Shown here in pieces: positions 1 to 9,200 of a stretch of DNA of 64,000 nt; position 1 is the first letter of the stretch; each line of letters opens with the position of its first letter. The notes below the pieces were generated by a model. The model ran no database searches. It was not told the DNA's origin and saw nothing but the letters and a program-made list of their open reading frames with translations. This DNA comes from Acidobacteriota bacterium (GTDB lineage Bacteria; Acidobacteriota; UBA6911; JACQSX01). The stretch is taken from contig DASXQR010000167.1 of assembly GCA_036507075.1 (NCBI GenBank), forward strand, positions 1 through 64,000, given 5' to 3'. The position numbers were made by a program, and so were the translations under genes.

Positions 1-23
1 CTTTCCCGCACGGCTGCTTTCTT

Positions 24-590
24 TTAATTTTCTGCGAGGCTGGGCCTCGCAGGATGGATACCGAGGCGATCCAGATCCATCAACAGCGGTTCCTCCGGCG
101 CAGGACAACCTTTCCAGCACCGGGCGCTGGGCCAGCGATAATCCTCAGGCCGTGCCACCAAACCTGCCCTGACGGGATTTTGGTGGATGTATCGGACCTT
201 TTGAAGCAGCACGGATTCACCGAGGACCGGTTTTGCATTGGAATGATGTTCCCACAGCGAATACCGGTAGTCTCTTGGCCCTTCCCGGTGGCGAAGCTTC
301 TCAAGAGATCTTGTGAAGTTATGATCCTTGAGAAAATCAATCACTCGTCTGGCGGTCACGCCTTTGGTACGGCGGAGAATTTCAGAAGGCGGAATCACTG
401 CATCAGTGAGCAGATGAAGGTGATCCGGCATCAGAACATAAGCGAGAAGAGCAAAGCCACCCGAGAGGCGCGCTTCGCTGAGTGCGAGGCATACAAGGTC
501 TTTGGTGTAGTCTCTCTGAAAGACGGCCAGGCGGCGGTTTGTGACCTCAGTGATGTACAGGCATGGTAAATCCAGTCTGGGTCGAAGCAT
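24..590 (-). CDS. REP-associated tyrosine transposase (RAYT / IS200-like Y1 HUH nuclease)
   Basis: AYVLMPDHLHLL (HUH motif), LW..HS and YIHQNPVRAGLV...Y.W.SA (catalytic Tyr block). ATG at 590 has GAGGGAG upstream. The longer ORF to 782 is probably an extension. Confidence 0.88.
   Translation of the reverse strand: MLRPRLDLPCLYITEVTNRRLAVFQRDYTKDLVCLALSEARLSGGFALLAYVLMPDHLHLLTDAVIPPSEILRRTKGVTARRVIDFLKDHNFTRSLEKLRHREGPRDYRYSLWEHHSNAKPVLGESVLLQKVRYIHQNPVRAGLVARPEDYRWPSARCWKGCPAPEEPLLMDLDRLGIHPARPSLAEN
32..52. repeat. REP-like palindrome at the RAYT 3' end
   Basis: CTGCGAGGC-tgg-GCCTCGCAG: perfect 9-bp stem, 3-nt loop. Confidence 0.6.
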
Positions 591-662
591 CAGCACTGCT
601 CCCTCTTGAGTTCTTCGCTGGAGGACTAAACCGGCTACCCTGGAAATCTGCGAAAGAAAATT

Positions 663-687
663 TTCGGCAAGGCACAGCCTTGCCGAA
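663..687. repeat. REP-like palindrome upstream of the RAYT
   Basis: TTCGGCAAGGC-aca-GCCTTGCCGAA: perfect 11-bp stem with the same AGGC-nnn-GCCT core as 32..52. Confidence 0.6.
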
Positions 688-873
688 GGAGAAGGAAGGA
701 GGAGGGCTAATTGCGGCTGGCGGCAAAGCCGCCTTAGTACCGTGGGCGCCGGGTACCGATGAACTGGCAGTGAAAACAGCACTGCCTGGTAGATGATTTC
801 AATAGCGGCGGCTACTTAGGACAGCTGAGGGTGAGAGGCATTGACCACATTTTTTTTTACTCGAGCTTGTGCG

Positions 874-970
874 GCGTAACGCCTGCGGATCACCCGCGGC
901 GGCCACGCACGATTTTTCCGAATCGGCTTGATCCTCGCGCGGCCGCCGTCGGGTGCAGCCGCTGTTAGAC
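874..970 (-). mobile_element. integron attC site (SnoaL-like cassette)
   Basis: On the minus strand GTCTAAC (970-964) ... GTTACGC (880-874), with an imperfect inverted repeat and bulged bases; 97 bp, 16 nt after the stop codon. Confidence 0.85.
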
Positions 971-986
971 CGCGTGTCGAATCGGC

Positions 987-1403
987 TCAGCGAAGTTCTG
1001 GCACGGCGCCGAGTTGTTGCAAGAAGCTCAAGGCATCGAACTCCACCCATTCCTCCGCGATCTTGCCATCGACGAAGCGACTGATAACGACCGCCGTGAA
1101 CTTCAATGTCTTCCCCGTCGGGGCTGCGCCCATGAGTTCGCTGGTGTGGCGGCCGCTGCCAGACAAACGCGTGACGACCTTGTCCCCCTCGGCGATCTGG
1201 TCCACGACTTCCTCTCGAAAGTCTGAGAGCGCACTAGTGAAGCCGGTAAACATCGCCTTGAAAGCGGCCGGCCCCTTCAAATCACCGAGCAGGGGGATTC
1301 CGTGGTACACGTAGTCGTCGGTATAGAGCCCATCTAGCACCGACGGATTGGTTGGCGCTTGTTCTCGCAACATTCTGATCGTCTTCTTGTTCTGGTCAGC
1401 CAT
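987..1403 (-). CDS. SnoaL-like ester cyclase / NTF2-fold protein (gene cassette)
   Basis: DQIAEGDKVVTR...GRHT..LMGAAPTGK...RFVDGKIAEEW..FD pattern; GGAGG RBS; alternative start at 1412. Confidence 0.9.
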   Translation of the reverse strand: MADQNKKTIRMLREQAPTNPSVLDGLYTDDYVYHGIPLLGDLKGPAAFKAMFTGFTSALSDFREEVVDQIAEGDKVVTRLSGSGRHTSELMGAAPTGKTLKFTAVVISRFVDGKIAEEWVEFDALSFLQQLGAVPELR

Positions 1404-1472
1404 CAGTCTCATGCCTCCAGTTGGTGAAACAACCGCAATAGCGTGTTCCGCACTCCCCAGCATCGATCAGCG

Positions 1473-1554
1473 GTCTAACGTTGCAAATGAGCCGCGCGCC
1501 GCTGCGACAGGATGACGCCGGACAGATGGCGTCGGCTCCATTTGAATGTTAGCC
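1473..1554 (-). mobile_element. integron attC site (middle cassette)
   Basis: Minus-strand GGCTAAC ... GTTAGAC; arms AACGTTGCAAATGAGCCG and CGGCTCCATTTGAATGTT; 82 bp. Confidence 0.85.
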
Positions 1555-1584
1555 CGCACGTCGATTTCGAGAGCGTCTTCCACG

Positions 1585-2472
1585 TTACTTCCGCGCCTCA
1601 ACTCGCTGCTGCACACGCTGCTCCAAGAGCCGAAGGGCTTCTTGGACCCCGGCATATCCAGTTCCCGGATCGTTGTTGAAGTCCATCAGCCGATGCGGGA
1701 ATTTCCGCCCGTTGGCCAAAGCGTCAACGACAAAGCGAGCCTCTTGCATGGCTGCCCCGCGCTGTTCGAGATTTCTCGCCACTCGATCGCTGGCCTCAAC
1801 CAAAGCGCAGTAGAAACTGAATGTCGTCGCACCAGCCGGACAGTCGCGCGTGTCATGGCTGTTCCACTGAGCGGGCGATCTGAGAAGCCGTCGGGCCTCC
1901 CGAACAATTTCCAAATCAGCGGCTGTGGCGGGAGGGTTGGCTTGTGAGTCATCTTCTCGAACGCCTTGAGCGGCCACAGTTGCTGATCGTCCGAGCCGTT
2001 TCTGCACGCGAGTCTCGAGCCACCGGAACAACCGCTGGACATCGGCGAACGTCGTCGAGGGGTCATTGTTGTAGTCTGTCAGCGGATGACCATATTCCTT
2101 GCTGACGACGATGTCCCAAATGACTAACCGCGCCTCTTGCTGCGCCGCCTTCAGCGCCGCTGCGTCGACGCCAGGGCGCGCGAACGCTTCGAGCGCACAG
2201 TAGATACTGAAGGAGGCAGCGCGAAGCGGGCATCTGAAGGCATCCCGGTGATTCCACCGTGGCGCCGAGTTCAGCGACTCCCGAGCCCGCCGGACCAGTT
2301 CCAGTTCTGCCTGAGAGACTGCGGGAATCTCGAGGGATTGGACGTCATCGGGTCGGACGCTCAGCGTCGGTTGCTGCCGGGGTTGACGGACTGAAGGGAC
2401 GGCGTTCGGCGGCCAAGCAAATAACAGGGCAAGCGCGATGGCTGACTGCCGCGGAAACGCCCATGTCATCAT
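1585..2472 (-). CDS. exported protein with an internally duplicated Cys-containing domain (DUF6197-like), gene cassette
   Basis: Signal-peptide-like N-terminus; two copies of WN..D...CP..A..FS.YCAL...A.QEAR.V...H.L.D.NNDP.T.A.VQ; GGAGG before the ATG at 2472. Confidence 0.75.
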   Translation of the reverse strand: MMTWAFPRQSAIALALLFAWPPNAVPSVRQPRQQPTLSVRPDDVQSLEIPAVSQAELELVRRARESLNSAPRWNHRDAFRCPLRAASFSIYCALEAFARPGVDAAALKAAQQEARLVIWDIVVSKEYGHPLTDYNNDPSTTFADVQRLFRWLETRVQKRLGRSATVAAQGVREDDSQANPPATAADLEIVREARRLLRSPAQWNSHDTRDCPAGATTFSFYCALVEASDRVARNLEQRGAAMQEARFVVDALANGRKFPHRLMDFNNDPGTGYAGVQEALRLLEQRVQQRVEARK

Positions 2473-2492
2473 GGTGACCTCCGAAGATTGCG

Positions 2493-2552
2493 GCCTAACG
2501 CTCGGCATCAGCTGCGGCGCGAAGCGCCGTCAGCTGCATGCCATTGTTAGGG
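2493..2552 (-). mobile_element. integron attC site (60 bp, neprosin cassette)
   Basis: + strand GCCTAAC-gctc-GGCATCAGCTGCGGCGC-gaa-GCGCCGTCAGCTGCATGCC-att-GTTAGGG: classic short 59-base-element structure with two bulged bases. Confidence 0.92.
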
Positions 2553-2563
2553 GGCAAAGGTCC

Positions 2564-3799
2564 TCATCCGCCGCCAGGTCCGCCAGCCCAGCAATAACTC
2601 TTCCATGATCCCGTATTGTCGAAATGTGCCTCGATACCGTACTCATCGGGATTGCTTTCCCACGTGCTTCCGGAGTACCGCGACATGGAACCACCAGTGC
2701 CCGACTGGTACCGCAGGTTGCTCATGTACGCCGCCCAAGTCCAGCCGTGATCTGGCCAGCGCCCGCTGCCCATGTCGGTCCAGCTTGACCCGGAATCCTT
2801 TGCCGAGTCCACGATCTCCCCATAGAAGGCGACCTTTTCCGCCCTGCTGCGAAGCCCGTTCGTGTTGAACAGGGACGCCGGGTAGTACCCGATCCAGCGT
2901 CCGTTGCAGCAGAACCACCAGTTTCCTTGATAAAGCTGATACTTGATCTGCATGATGTATTGCGTTCCACCGCGCGTACTGTTCGGGCTGGAAATCGCCT
3001 CTGGATAGACAACGTTCGAGTACTGGACCCACCCATCAACGTCTCGATTGTAGCCACCCTTGTTATCACCAGACTCGGAGTATCCGTTCGTCGTGTAGAA
3101 CACGAAAAGGTGAGGCACCCAATCGCCATAGAGATCACGATACTCTTGCCATCCCGCCTCGATCGTCTGTTTCCCAGATCCAGACCCACGAGCCAGCGCA
3201 ACTTGGAGTAACGAGAATTCATCGGCTCGGTGCAGGTAGGGATCGAAAGCGGCGAGGTTACCATCTGCCCCATAGCACGTGATCCACTGCGAGGAGTAGG
3301 CGTACTCGTGCGTGGTTCCGTCTGCGGGAACTTCCACACTGTCCCGCTCGTCAATGAACATCGTGTACGTCCGGTGCCCATGCTTAGCGAGGTGGTCGCG
3401 GAGCGGCCGTACGAAGCGAAGCCGTCGAATGTCGCGCCGCGGGATCGGCACCGTGCCTTCGGGGCCACGCGCAACATGGCTGTCTTCGAGTTCGAATCGA
3501 ACCGGCTTGACACGCCGGCGTCCGGAACCGAGCTCGAGGGGCACGGACTCGGACGGCGGCGACGCCAGCTTGCCTCTTCTTGCGAACTGGGATTCGATCG
3601 GTACCCAGTCGAGAATCTGGCCACTCGGCGTGCGCGTGGTTTTCACGACATCCAACCGGCGTCGCCGGTCTCCAAAGTAGTCGTACAGCTCTTCGCGGAT
3701 CTTCTTCTTGTCGATCTTCGCCACGCCGCGCTTGCGGCGCGTCCAACGAAGATTCTCACGACGCTCGTCGTTGATTAGAGACTTGCGTTGGCCAGCCAT
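2564..3799 (-). CDS. neprosin-family glutamic prolyl endopeptidase-like protein (gene cassette)
   Basis: Propeptide-like G.ILDWVPIESQ; catalytic-domain motifs TIEAGWQ..LYGD...HLFVFYT, WIGYYPASLF, FYGEI, TDMGSG; AAGGAG RBS. Confidence 0.82.
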   Translation of the reverse strand: MAGQRKSLINDERRENLRWTRRKRGVAKIDKKKIREELYDYFGDRRRRLDVVKTTRTPSGQILDWVPIESQFARRGKLASPPSESVPLELGSGRRRVKPVRFELEDSHVARGPEGTVPIPRRDIRRLRFVRPLRDHLAKHGHRTYTMFIDERDSVEVPADGTTHEYAYSSQWITCYGADGNLAAFDPYLHRADEFSLLQVALARGSGSGKQTIEAGWQEYRDLYGDWVPHLFVFYTTNGYSESGDNKGGYNRDVDGWVQYSNVVYPEAISSPNSTRGGTQYIMQIKYQLYQGNWWFCCNGRWIGYYPASLFNTNGLRSRAEKVAFYGEIVDSAKDSGSSWTDMGSGRWPDHGWTWAAYMSNLRYQSGTGGSMSRYSGSTWESNPDEYGIEAHFDNTGSWKSYCWAGGPGGG

Positions 3800-3845
3800 G
3801 TCGATCTCCTTATTGCTTGTGTTCTCACCAGGCCATGTTCTGCCC

Positions 3846-3880
3846 GCCTAACTTGAAGTATACAGTTCTGGATAATTGGA
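3846..3880 (-). mobile_element. putative attI site
   Basis: Minus-strand core GTTAGGC (3852-3846) begins the first cassette, has no attC-type partner arm, and lies between the cassette and the intI remnant. Confidence 0.6.
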
Positions 3881-4099
3881 TAGGCGGCCGGGAGCCAGCC
3901 GTCTATCGTGGTGTGTTTCCTTCACTACTACTGACATGTCCGAAACAAACCAATGGGTTGCAAGCGAATGACCCTCGCGGCCTATCCAGATAGACCGCGA
4001 GGCCGGTCTGCTTAACCCGATTAGCCTAGCGAGGCGTCTCCCCGACCACGGATGCCTTCCTCCGTCAACGTCAGGGCAAATGGGTTCGACGCGGAAACG

Positions 4100-4229
4100 T
4101 CATCGTGAAGACACATTGTCCAGCGGGCTCCGCACCCCGCGACCGCCTCGATTGAGAAACATGGGTGTAAATCATCGTAGTGCTTACATCGCTGTGCCCC
4201 AGCAGCTCTTGAATCGTCCGAATGTCGTA
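4100..4229 (-). pseudogene. intI: integron integrase 3' remnant with a 1-nt frameshift
   Basis: Manual translation [24 protein letters not shown] / (extra base near 4157) / [18 protein letters not shown], the characteristic IntI C-terminus; not in the ORF track; remainder of the gene absent. Confidence 0.9.
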
Positions 4230-4366
4230 AAGGAAACTTCCATGACAGAAACCTGAGCACAGTGGACAACTGTGAGTGGATGTTAGTCGGAGAGGAACGA
4301 AAGTACAACAACGATTTCAGCCGACTCCGCATGTTGGCCAGTTGTCCGGCAAAGGGCATTTTGAAT

Positions 4367-4403
4367 AAAAAAGCCCGGCCGGTGTTTTGCCGGCCGGGCT
4401 TTT
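4367..4403 (-). terminator. Rho-independent terminator downstream of the 5S fragment (likely bidirectional)
   Basis: AAAAGCCCGGCCGG-tgttttg-CCGGCCGGGCTTTT with A/T tracts on both sides. Confidence 0.85.
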
Positions 4404-4410
4404 AGATAAT

Positions 4411-4504
<94 letters not shown>

Positions 4505-4572
4505 GTTCAAGTTTCAAGTTGACGGGGGCGAGAGTTACCAGTTGCGTGGTGCGGACTTGGCAGAGTGCGCCG

Positions 4573-4794
4573 CTAGCGAGAAATCTGGTAGATCACAGGC
4601 CGGAATCGGAGTGCGGGGATGGGCTTGCCTGTTTGACGTGCTGATTCCAGCCATGCCTTTTTCGCGACCTCCAGTTCAGCAAGAGCTTTCTCCGGCGTCT
4701 CACCAAAGGCTGAGCAACATTTCAAGTCGGGGATGTCGGCGATGTAGCCACCATCCTCCTCGCTGAAAAAGATATTAATGTGATAATCCGCCAT
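4573..4794 (-). CDS. hicB: HicB-family antitoxin
   Basis: YHINIFFSEEDGGYIADIPDL..CSAFGETPEKAL.E...AKKAWLE....G.PIP. Confidence 0.9.
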   Translation of the reverse strand: MADYHINIFFSEEDGGYIADIPDLKCCSAFGETPEKALAELEVAKKAWLESARQTGKPIPALRFRPVIYQISR

Positions 4795-4799
4795 CCCGT

Positions 4800-4838
4800 T
4801 CACTCCGTCAGTTTTAGATTATACCGCTCGACCAGTCG
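4800..4838 (-). pseudogene. probable HicA toxin C-terminal remnant
   Basis: Manual translation RLVERYNLKLTE*, ending 5 nt before hicB; resembles HicA C-termini; no full ORF upstream. Confidence 0.5.
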
Positions 4839-4860
4839 AACGCGCGAGCGGACGCCGAAA

Positions 4861-5106
4861 CTACAGAAACACGGGATGAGTGAGACAGTACAGAAAAAAT
4901 ATAGCATCCACTAACCAGAGCACAACCAGAAAGATCACGTCTGTACTTAAGGATTTTCGCTCAGTCACCAGTGCTGTTGATCGAATCCACCATGCCTCGC
5001 CCGCTGCTAACAAAGTGAGTAAAACCGGCAAAAGAAAAAACCCGGCGTCAACGATCCCTCCGGCCAAATGTGAGCTCCTCAACCATCTGAAGGCCGGCGG
5101 ATACAT
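4861..5106 (-). CDS. small membrane protein (two hydrophobic segments)
   Basis: 81-aa ORF with two TM-like stretches; no recognised family. Confidence 0.45.
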   Translation of the reverse strand: MYPPAFRWLRSSHLAGGIVDAGFFLLPVLLTLLAAGEAWWIRSTALVTERKSLSTDVIFLVVLWLVDAIFFLYCLTHPVFL

Positions 5107-5541
5107 CCCTAGCGCTAGTTCGGGGGACAGGCTGATCAGCCGGTGCGTCCGGTATCTGCGCGAGAGACACTTCTTCAGTCCACGTTTAGAATTCCGCTTG
5201 AACTCTCCAGCCCACAGTGCTGTCTTGCCTCCGTCGCCAAAAAACCAATTTCCTATCTTCTATCTTTCATCTTCCGATGATCGAACGGCGAACCTGATTG
5301 CATGCTCGGGTAGACATCGCCACACTATTTTGCGGAGGCACATTCTCCTCTGTCTGCGAACAAAAAAAGGCCGGTTTTCCAGGGTCAACAACCGGGCAAA
5401 CCGCCGGATTTTACTTGCTTCAGAAGCAGTTTGCGGGCAAGAATCGTTCTCACTGCACGAAGTGTCGCGAGAGGACCGTTGCGCCTGATCGAAATGGTGC
5501 GGCATAAAACCACCCCAGTCTTTGGAAAAGAGGAGTTTGTC

Positions 5542-8500
5542 ATGAGGCAAACAGCCATCCTGTTGTTACTGATCATTTCGCTGCCCGGCTTGGCCCTGGC
5601 ACAAGAGGCTCGCGGTACGATTTTTGGGGCGGTTCTTGATCCGCAGGGGGCGGCAGTTCCCGGGGCGCAAGTTAGCATCTTAAACGTGGGTACCAATGCC
5701 ACCAAGCGGACGATTTCCAACGACAGTGGCCATTACGAGGTCCCCTTGCTGGATCCTGGCAATTATTCGGTCACCGTCGAATTGGGGGGATTCCGTAAGT
5801 TTGTTCGCGAGGGGATCATCCTGAATGTTAATGGGCGGGCGGAGATCAACATTAGTCTACAGCTCGGCGAGGTAAATGAGGTGGTGCGCGTGGTGGAGCA
5901 GGCTCCGCTCCTTGAGACAACCGCGTCAGCAGGGCGTGTCGTGGATAACCGCCAGATCATGGAGCTGCCTTACTCCGACCTCAATCCCTATGTTTTGGCC
6001 GGCCTGGCGACCGGAATGCAGTGGACGGGCGCACCGGATGCCAACCGCACGCTCTGGTCGGGTGGGGGAACCTCGGCCTTCAACACCGCGGGTGGCGTGG
6101 GCCAGAACGAATACACCATTGATGGGGTGCCTAATACGGGCTCCAACCGGCGGGTCGCTTTCATAGCTCCCACCGATGCCGTGGGTGAGTTTCGGCTGGA
6201 GACGTCGAACTTCGACGCCGCATTCGGGCACACCTCCGGGGCTACCATCAACCTCAGCACCAAGTCGGGCACCAACCAGTTCCACGGCACGCTGTACAGC
6301 CAACATTGGCAGCAGCGTTGGAATGCCACCCCGCATTTCACAAGGCTGGCCTGGGAAGACCGCGTAGCCAAGGGTCTGATTACCAAGGATACTCCGAAGC
6401 AGCAGCCCGGTCGTTCGAACAGCCCCGGAGCGACCATTGGCGGGCCGATCATCATCCCCAAGCTCTTTGACGGTCGGGACAAGTTGTTCTTCTTCTTTAA
6501 CTACAGCGGGATCTACCAGAACTTGACCGATCAGCCAGATCGATTGGCGCGCACTGTGCCCAAGGAAGCCTGGCGGAAGGGTGATTTCTCCGATCTGCTG
6601 GCCATCGATCCGGTCCTCTATCAGATCTATGACCCTCGCACTGCCAGAAGGGTGGGTAATCGCGTAGTGCGCGATCCTTTCCCGGGCAACAAAGGCATTC
6701 CTGTTCTCAATCCCATGTTTGCGCTCTATGAGAAGATCTACCCCCTTCCTAACAACCCCGCCGGCTTGGTAACGCGGGAGGGTTTCTTCAACTACTATGC
6801 CGCCGCGATGCCCAAGATCGACCGCCACCATTCGTTGCTCAACCGAGTCGACTGGGTGGTCTCGCCGAATCACAAAATCTTCGGGCGCTGGTACTGGAAT
6901 AACCGTCGTGCCGATACCAGCGACTGGACCTATGAATCCGCGCGCGGATTGCATTCCAGCGGCACCAGCCGGATCAACAAGGCCGGGGGTCTGGATTGGG
7001 TGTGGAGCATCAACAATGCGATGGTGCTCAACGCGACCGCTGCCTACAACCGCTTTACGGAGTTTGCCGGTGAGGTGGGGCCGAAACGCTACAAGCCTTC
7101 GGATGCGGGCCTGCCAACCTATCTTGATCAACGGGCCGGCGTGAACGCCATTCTTCCCGCCCTGGACTTCGACCGGCTGGAGGATGTCAGCTACCCGGTG
7201 CCCGATGTGACCCGCTCCTCCAGTGGAACTCTGAAAGCACAGCTATATTATCTCCACGGGAACCACAGCATCAAGGCAGGGACCGATCTCAGGAAATACT
7301 ACCGGGCCAAGGCCGGCGCCGGTTTCGCCTCGTCACGCTTCACATTTCGCAACACCTACACGCAAGCGGCTAACGATACTACCACTGCATCCACGCATGG
7401 CCTCGAATGGGCGGCATTCATGATGGGTTATCCTACGAGCATCATCATCGACACGAACGATTCCTATTACTTGTCGAATCCTTTTGCTGCCTTTTACGTG
7501 CAAGACGATTTCCGGGTTGGCAGTAAACTGCACCTAAGCTTAGGGCTACGATTCGAGCATGAAGGAGGAGCCAGCGAGCGATACAATCGCGGCTTGGGTG
7601 GCGGGTTCATCCCCGATGAGAAGCTCCCGATAAGCGAGCTGGTCGAGGCCGCCTATGCCAAGAATCCGATTCCTGAATTGGCGGCAACAAGTTTTCGTGT
7701 GACTGGCGGCGTCCGCTATCTAGGCCAGAATGCGCCAGAAACCTTCGGCAACGGATCGAAGAACATCATGCCGCGGGCGGGTGTTGCGTACCGGTTTACT
7801 CCTCAGACCGTTCTGCGCGCCGGTTATGGTTGGTTCTATGACACCAATAACGTCTCCAACTTCGAGATCAACCAGTGGGGTTTCAGCCAGCGGACCACAA
7901 CGCAGTTCAGTCTGGATAATGGCCTGACCTTTGTCACCTCACTGCAGGATCCTTTCACGCTGCGGGCCAACGGCACGCGTTTCGATGAACCGTTGCGCAA
8001 CACGCTCGGTTCCATGGCTGCGGCAGGGCAAAGCTGGGACTACACCAACCAGGACTGGAAGGCTCAGTTCCAACAACGCTGGCGCATCGGCATTCAGCGG
8101 CAGTTGACCAGGAATATGGTTATCGAAGTTGCTTACACCGGTTCCTACAGCAAGACCAATATCACCCGGCGTCTCGATGCGTTGCCGGCGCAGTTCTGGG
8201 CCACGGGGAAAGCCCGCAACAACAGCGTCGAGACGCAGATGAACGCCACTCTGTCGAATCCCTACAACATCAGCAACCTGAGTTCACTGCAGACATCCAA
8301 TGCGGTACTTTACAACTTCCTGCGTGGCCAAGGGCGTTTCACCGGCAGTACCATCCGCAAGAACGAGATACTCAGGCCGTATTCCTATTTGACTCGCCTC
8401 CGGGACATCTCTTCTCCGGACGGGCGGAATCGTTACGACGCCCTGGAAATCCAGCTCGAGAAAAGGTTTTCCGCCGGGCTCATGTTCAATGCGCTCTATA

Positions 8501-9129
8501 CCTTCAGCAACAGCAAGACCCGTGACTGGTACGTCAACGAGTTCGATGCGCTGCCGAGCTGGCGTCCCAACAGTGTTACGGTGCCCCACCGGTTCGTGCT
8601 TACAAGCATCTATGAGGTTCCCGTCGGTCCCGGCAAACCCTGGCTCAGCCAGGGGCTGCTCGGTCAGGTCATTGGTGGTTGGCAGGTCAGCGGCGTTTAC
8701 CAACGCCAAAGCGGACCGCCGATTACGTGGGGTAACGAGTTTTACTACGGAGACCTCACCGCGCTGGAGAAGGCCTTCGACGGTTCATCGCGCGAAAGGG
8801 ACATCCACCAGTGGTTCGATCCGAACCTGCCCTTTGAGAAGGACAGCAGCAAGCGCCCCGGCAACTTTCACGTCCGGGTTTTCCCGGACCGCATCGGGTC
8901 CCTGCGGGCCGATGGGATCAAGAACCTGGACCTTCGGATTCTTCGCGCCTTCAATTTGTTGCGGGACAATCGCCTGAAGATGCAGCTGAGCGCGGATATG
9001 CTGAATGCTCTCAACCATACCAACTTCAACGCGCCAGTGGTTAATCCACGGGATGCGAGCTTTGGGAAGGTCACCAGCCAGCGCGGGTTGCCGCGCCTGA
9101 TTCAGTTGAACTTGCGTTTTGTGTTCTGA
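5542..9129 (+). CDS. TonB-dependent receptor-like outer-membrane protein with carboxypeptidase-regulatory-like N-domain (Oar-like)
   Basis: Signal peptide; G.V.DPQGA.VPGA.V; TKSGTNQFHG; YVQDDFRV..KL.LSLGLRFE; terminal PRLIQLNLRFVF; GAGGAG RBS before the ATG at 5542. Confidence 0.92.
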   Translation: MRQTAILLLLIISLPGLALAQEARGTIFGAVLDPQGAAVPGAQVSILNVGTNATKRTISNDSGHYEVPLLDPGNYSVTVELGGFRKFVREGIILNVNGRAEINISLQLGEVNEVVRVVEQAPLLETTASAGRVVDNRQIMELPYSDLNPYVLAGLATGMQWTGAPDANRTLWSGGGTSAFNTAGGVGQNEYTIDGVPNTGSNRRVAFIAPTDAVGEFRLETSNFDAAFGHTSGATINLSTKSGTNQFHGTLYSQHWQQRWNATPHFTRLAWEDRVAKGLITKDTPKQQPGRSNSPGATIGGPIIIPKLFDGRDKLFFFFNYSGIYQNLTDQPDRLARTVPKEAWRKGDFSDLLAIDPVLYQIYDPRTARRVGNRVVRDPFPGNKGIPVLNPMFALYEKIYPLPNNPAGLVTREGFFNYYAAAMPKIDRHHSLLNRVDWVVSPNHKIFGRWYWNNRRADTSDWTYESARGLHSSGTSRINKAGGLDWVWSINNAMVLNATAAYNRFTEFAGEVGPKRYKPSDAGLPTYLDQRAGVNAILPALDFDRLEDVSYPVPDVTRSSSGTLKAQLYYLHGNHSIKAGTDLRKYYRAKAGAGFASSRFTFRNTYTQAANDTTTASTHGLEWAAFMMGYPTSIIIDTNDSYYLSNPFAAFYVQDDFRVGSKLHLSLGLRFEHEGGASERYNRGLGGGFIPDEKLPISELVEAAYAKNPIPELAATSFRVTGGVRYLGQNAPETFGNGSKNIMPRAGVAYRFTPQTVLRAGYGWFYDTNNVSNFEINQWGFSQRTTTQFSLDNGLTFVTSLQDPFTLRANGTRFDEPLRNTLGSMAAAGQSWDYTNQDWKAQFQQRWRIGIQRQLTRNMVIEVAYTGSYSKTNITRRLDALPAQFWATGKARNNSVETQMNATLSNPYNISNLSSLQTSNAVLYNFLRGQGRFTGSTIRKNEILRPYSYLTRLRDISSPDGRNRYDALEIQLEKRFSAGLMFNALYTFSNSKTRDWYVNEFDALPSWRPNSVTVPHRFVLTSIYEVPVGPGKPWLSQGLLGQVIGGWQVSGVYQRQSGPPITWGNEFYYGDLTALEKAFDGSSRERDIHQWFDPNLPFEKDSSKRPGNFHVRVFPDRIGSLRADGIKNLDLRILRAFNLLRDNRLKMQLSADMLNALNHTNFNAPVVNPRDASFGKVTSQRGLPRLIQLNLRFVF

Positions 9130-9200
9130 ATAGTGCCACGGTGCTTAAGCCAGGCTCTGGACTGACTCAGCTGAGGAAGAAGCGGGTCAGCCCCCGCTAA

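Noticed and set aside
4021..4359. 112-aa ORF as a real gene
   Set aside because: Off-frame reading across the intI remnant
5380..5440. GGGCAAACC as the start of a c-di-GMP riboswitch upstream of the TonB receptor
   Set aside because: I could not find the GNRA-capped stem or the second conserved hairpin
5926..7131. 401-aa minus-strand ORF
   Set aside because: Antisense shadow of the TonB receptor with no recognisable motifs; typical of high-GC DNA
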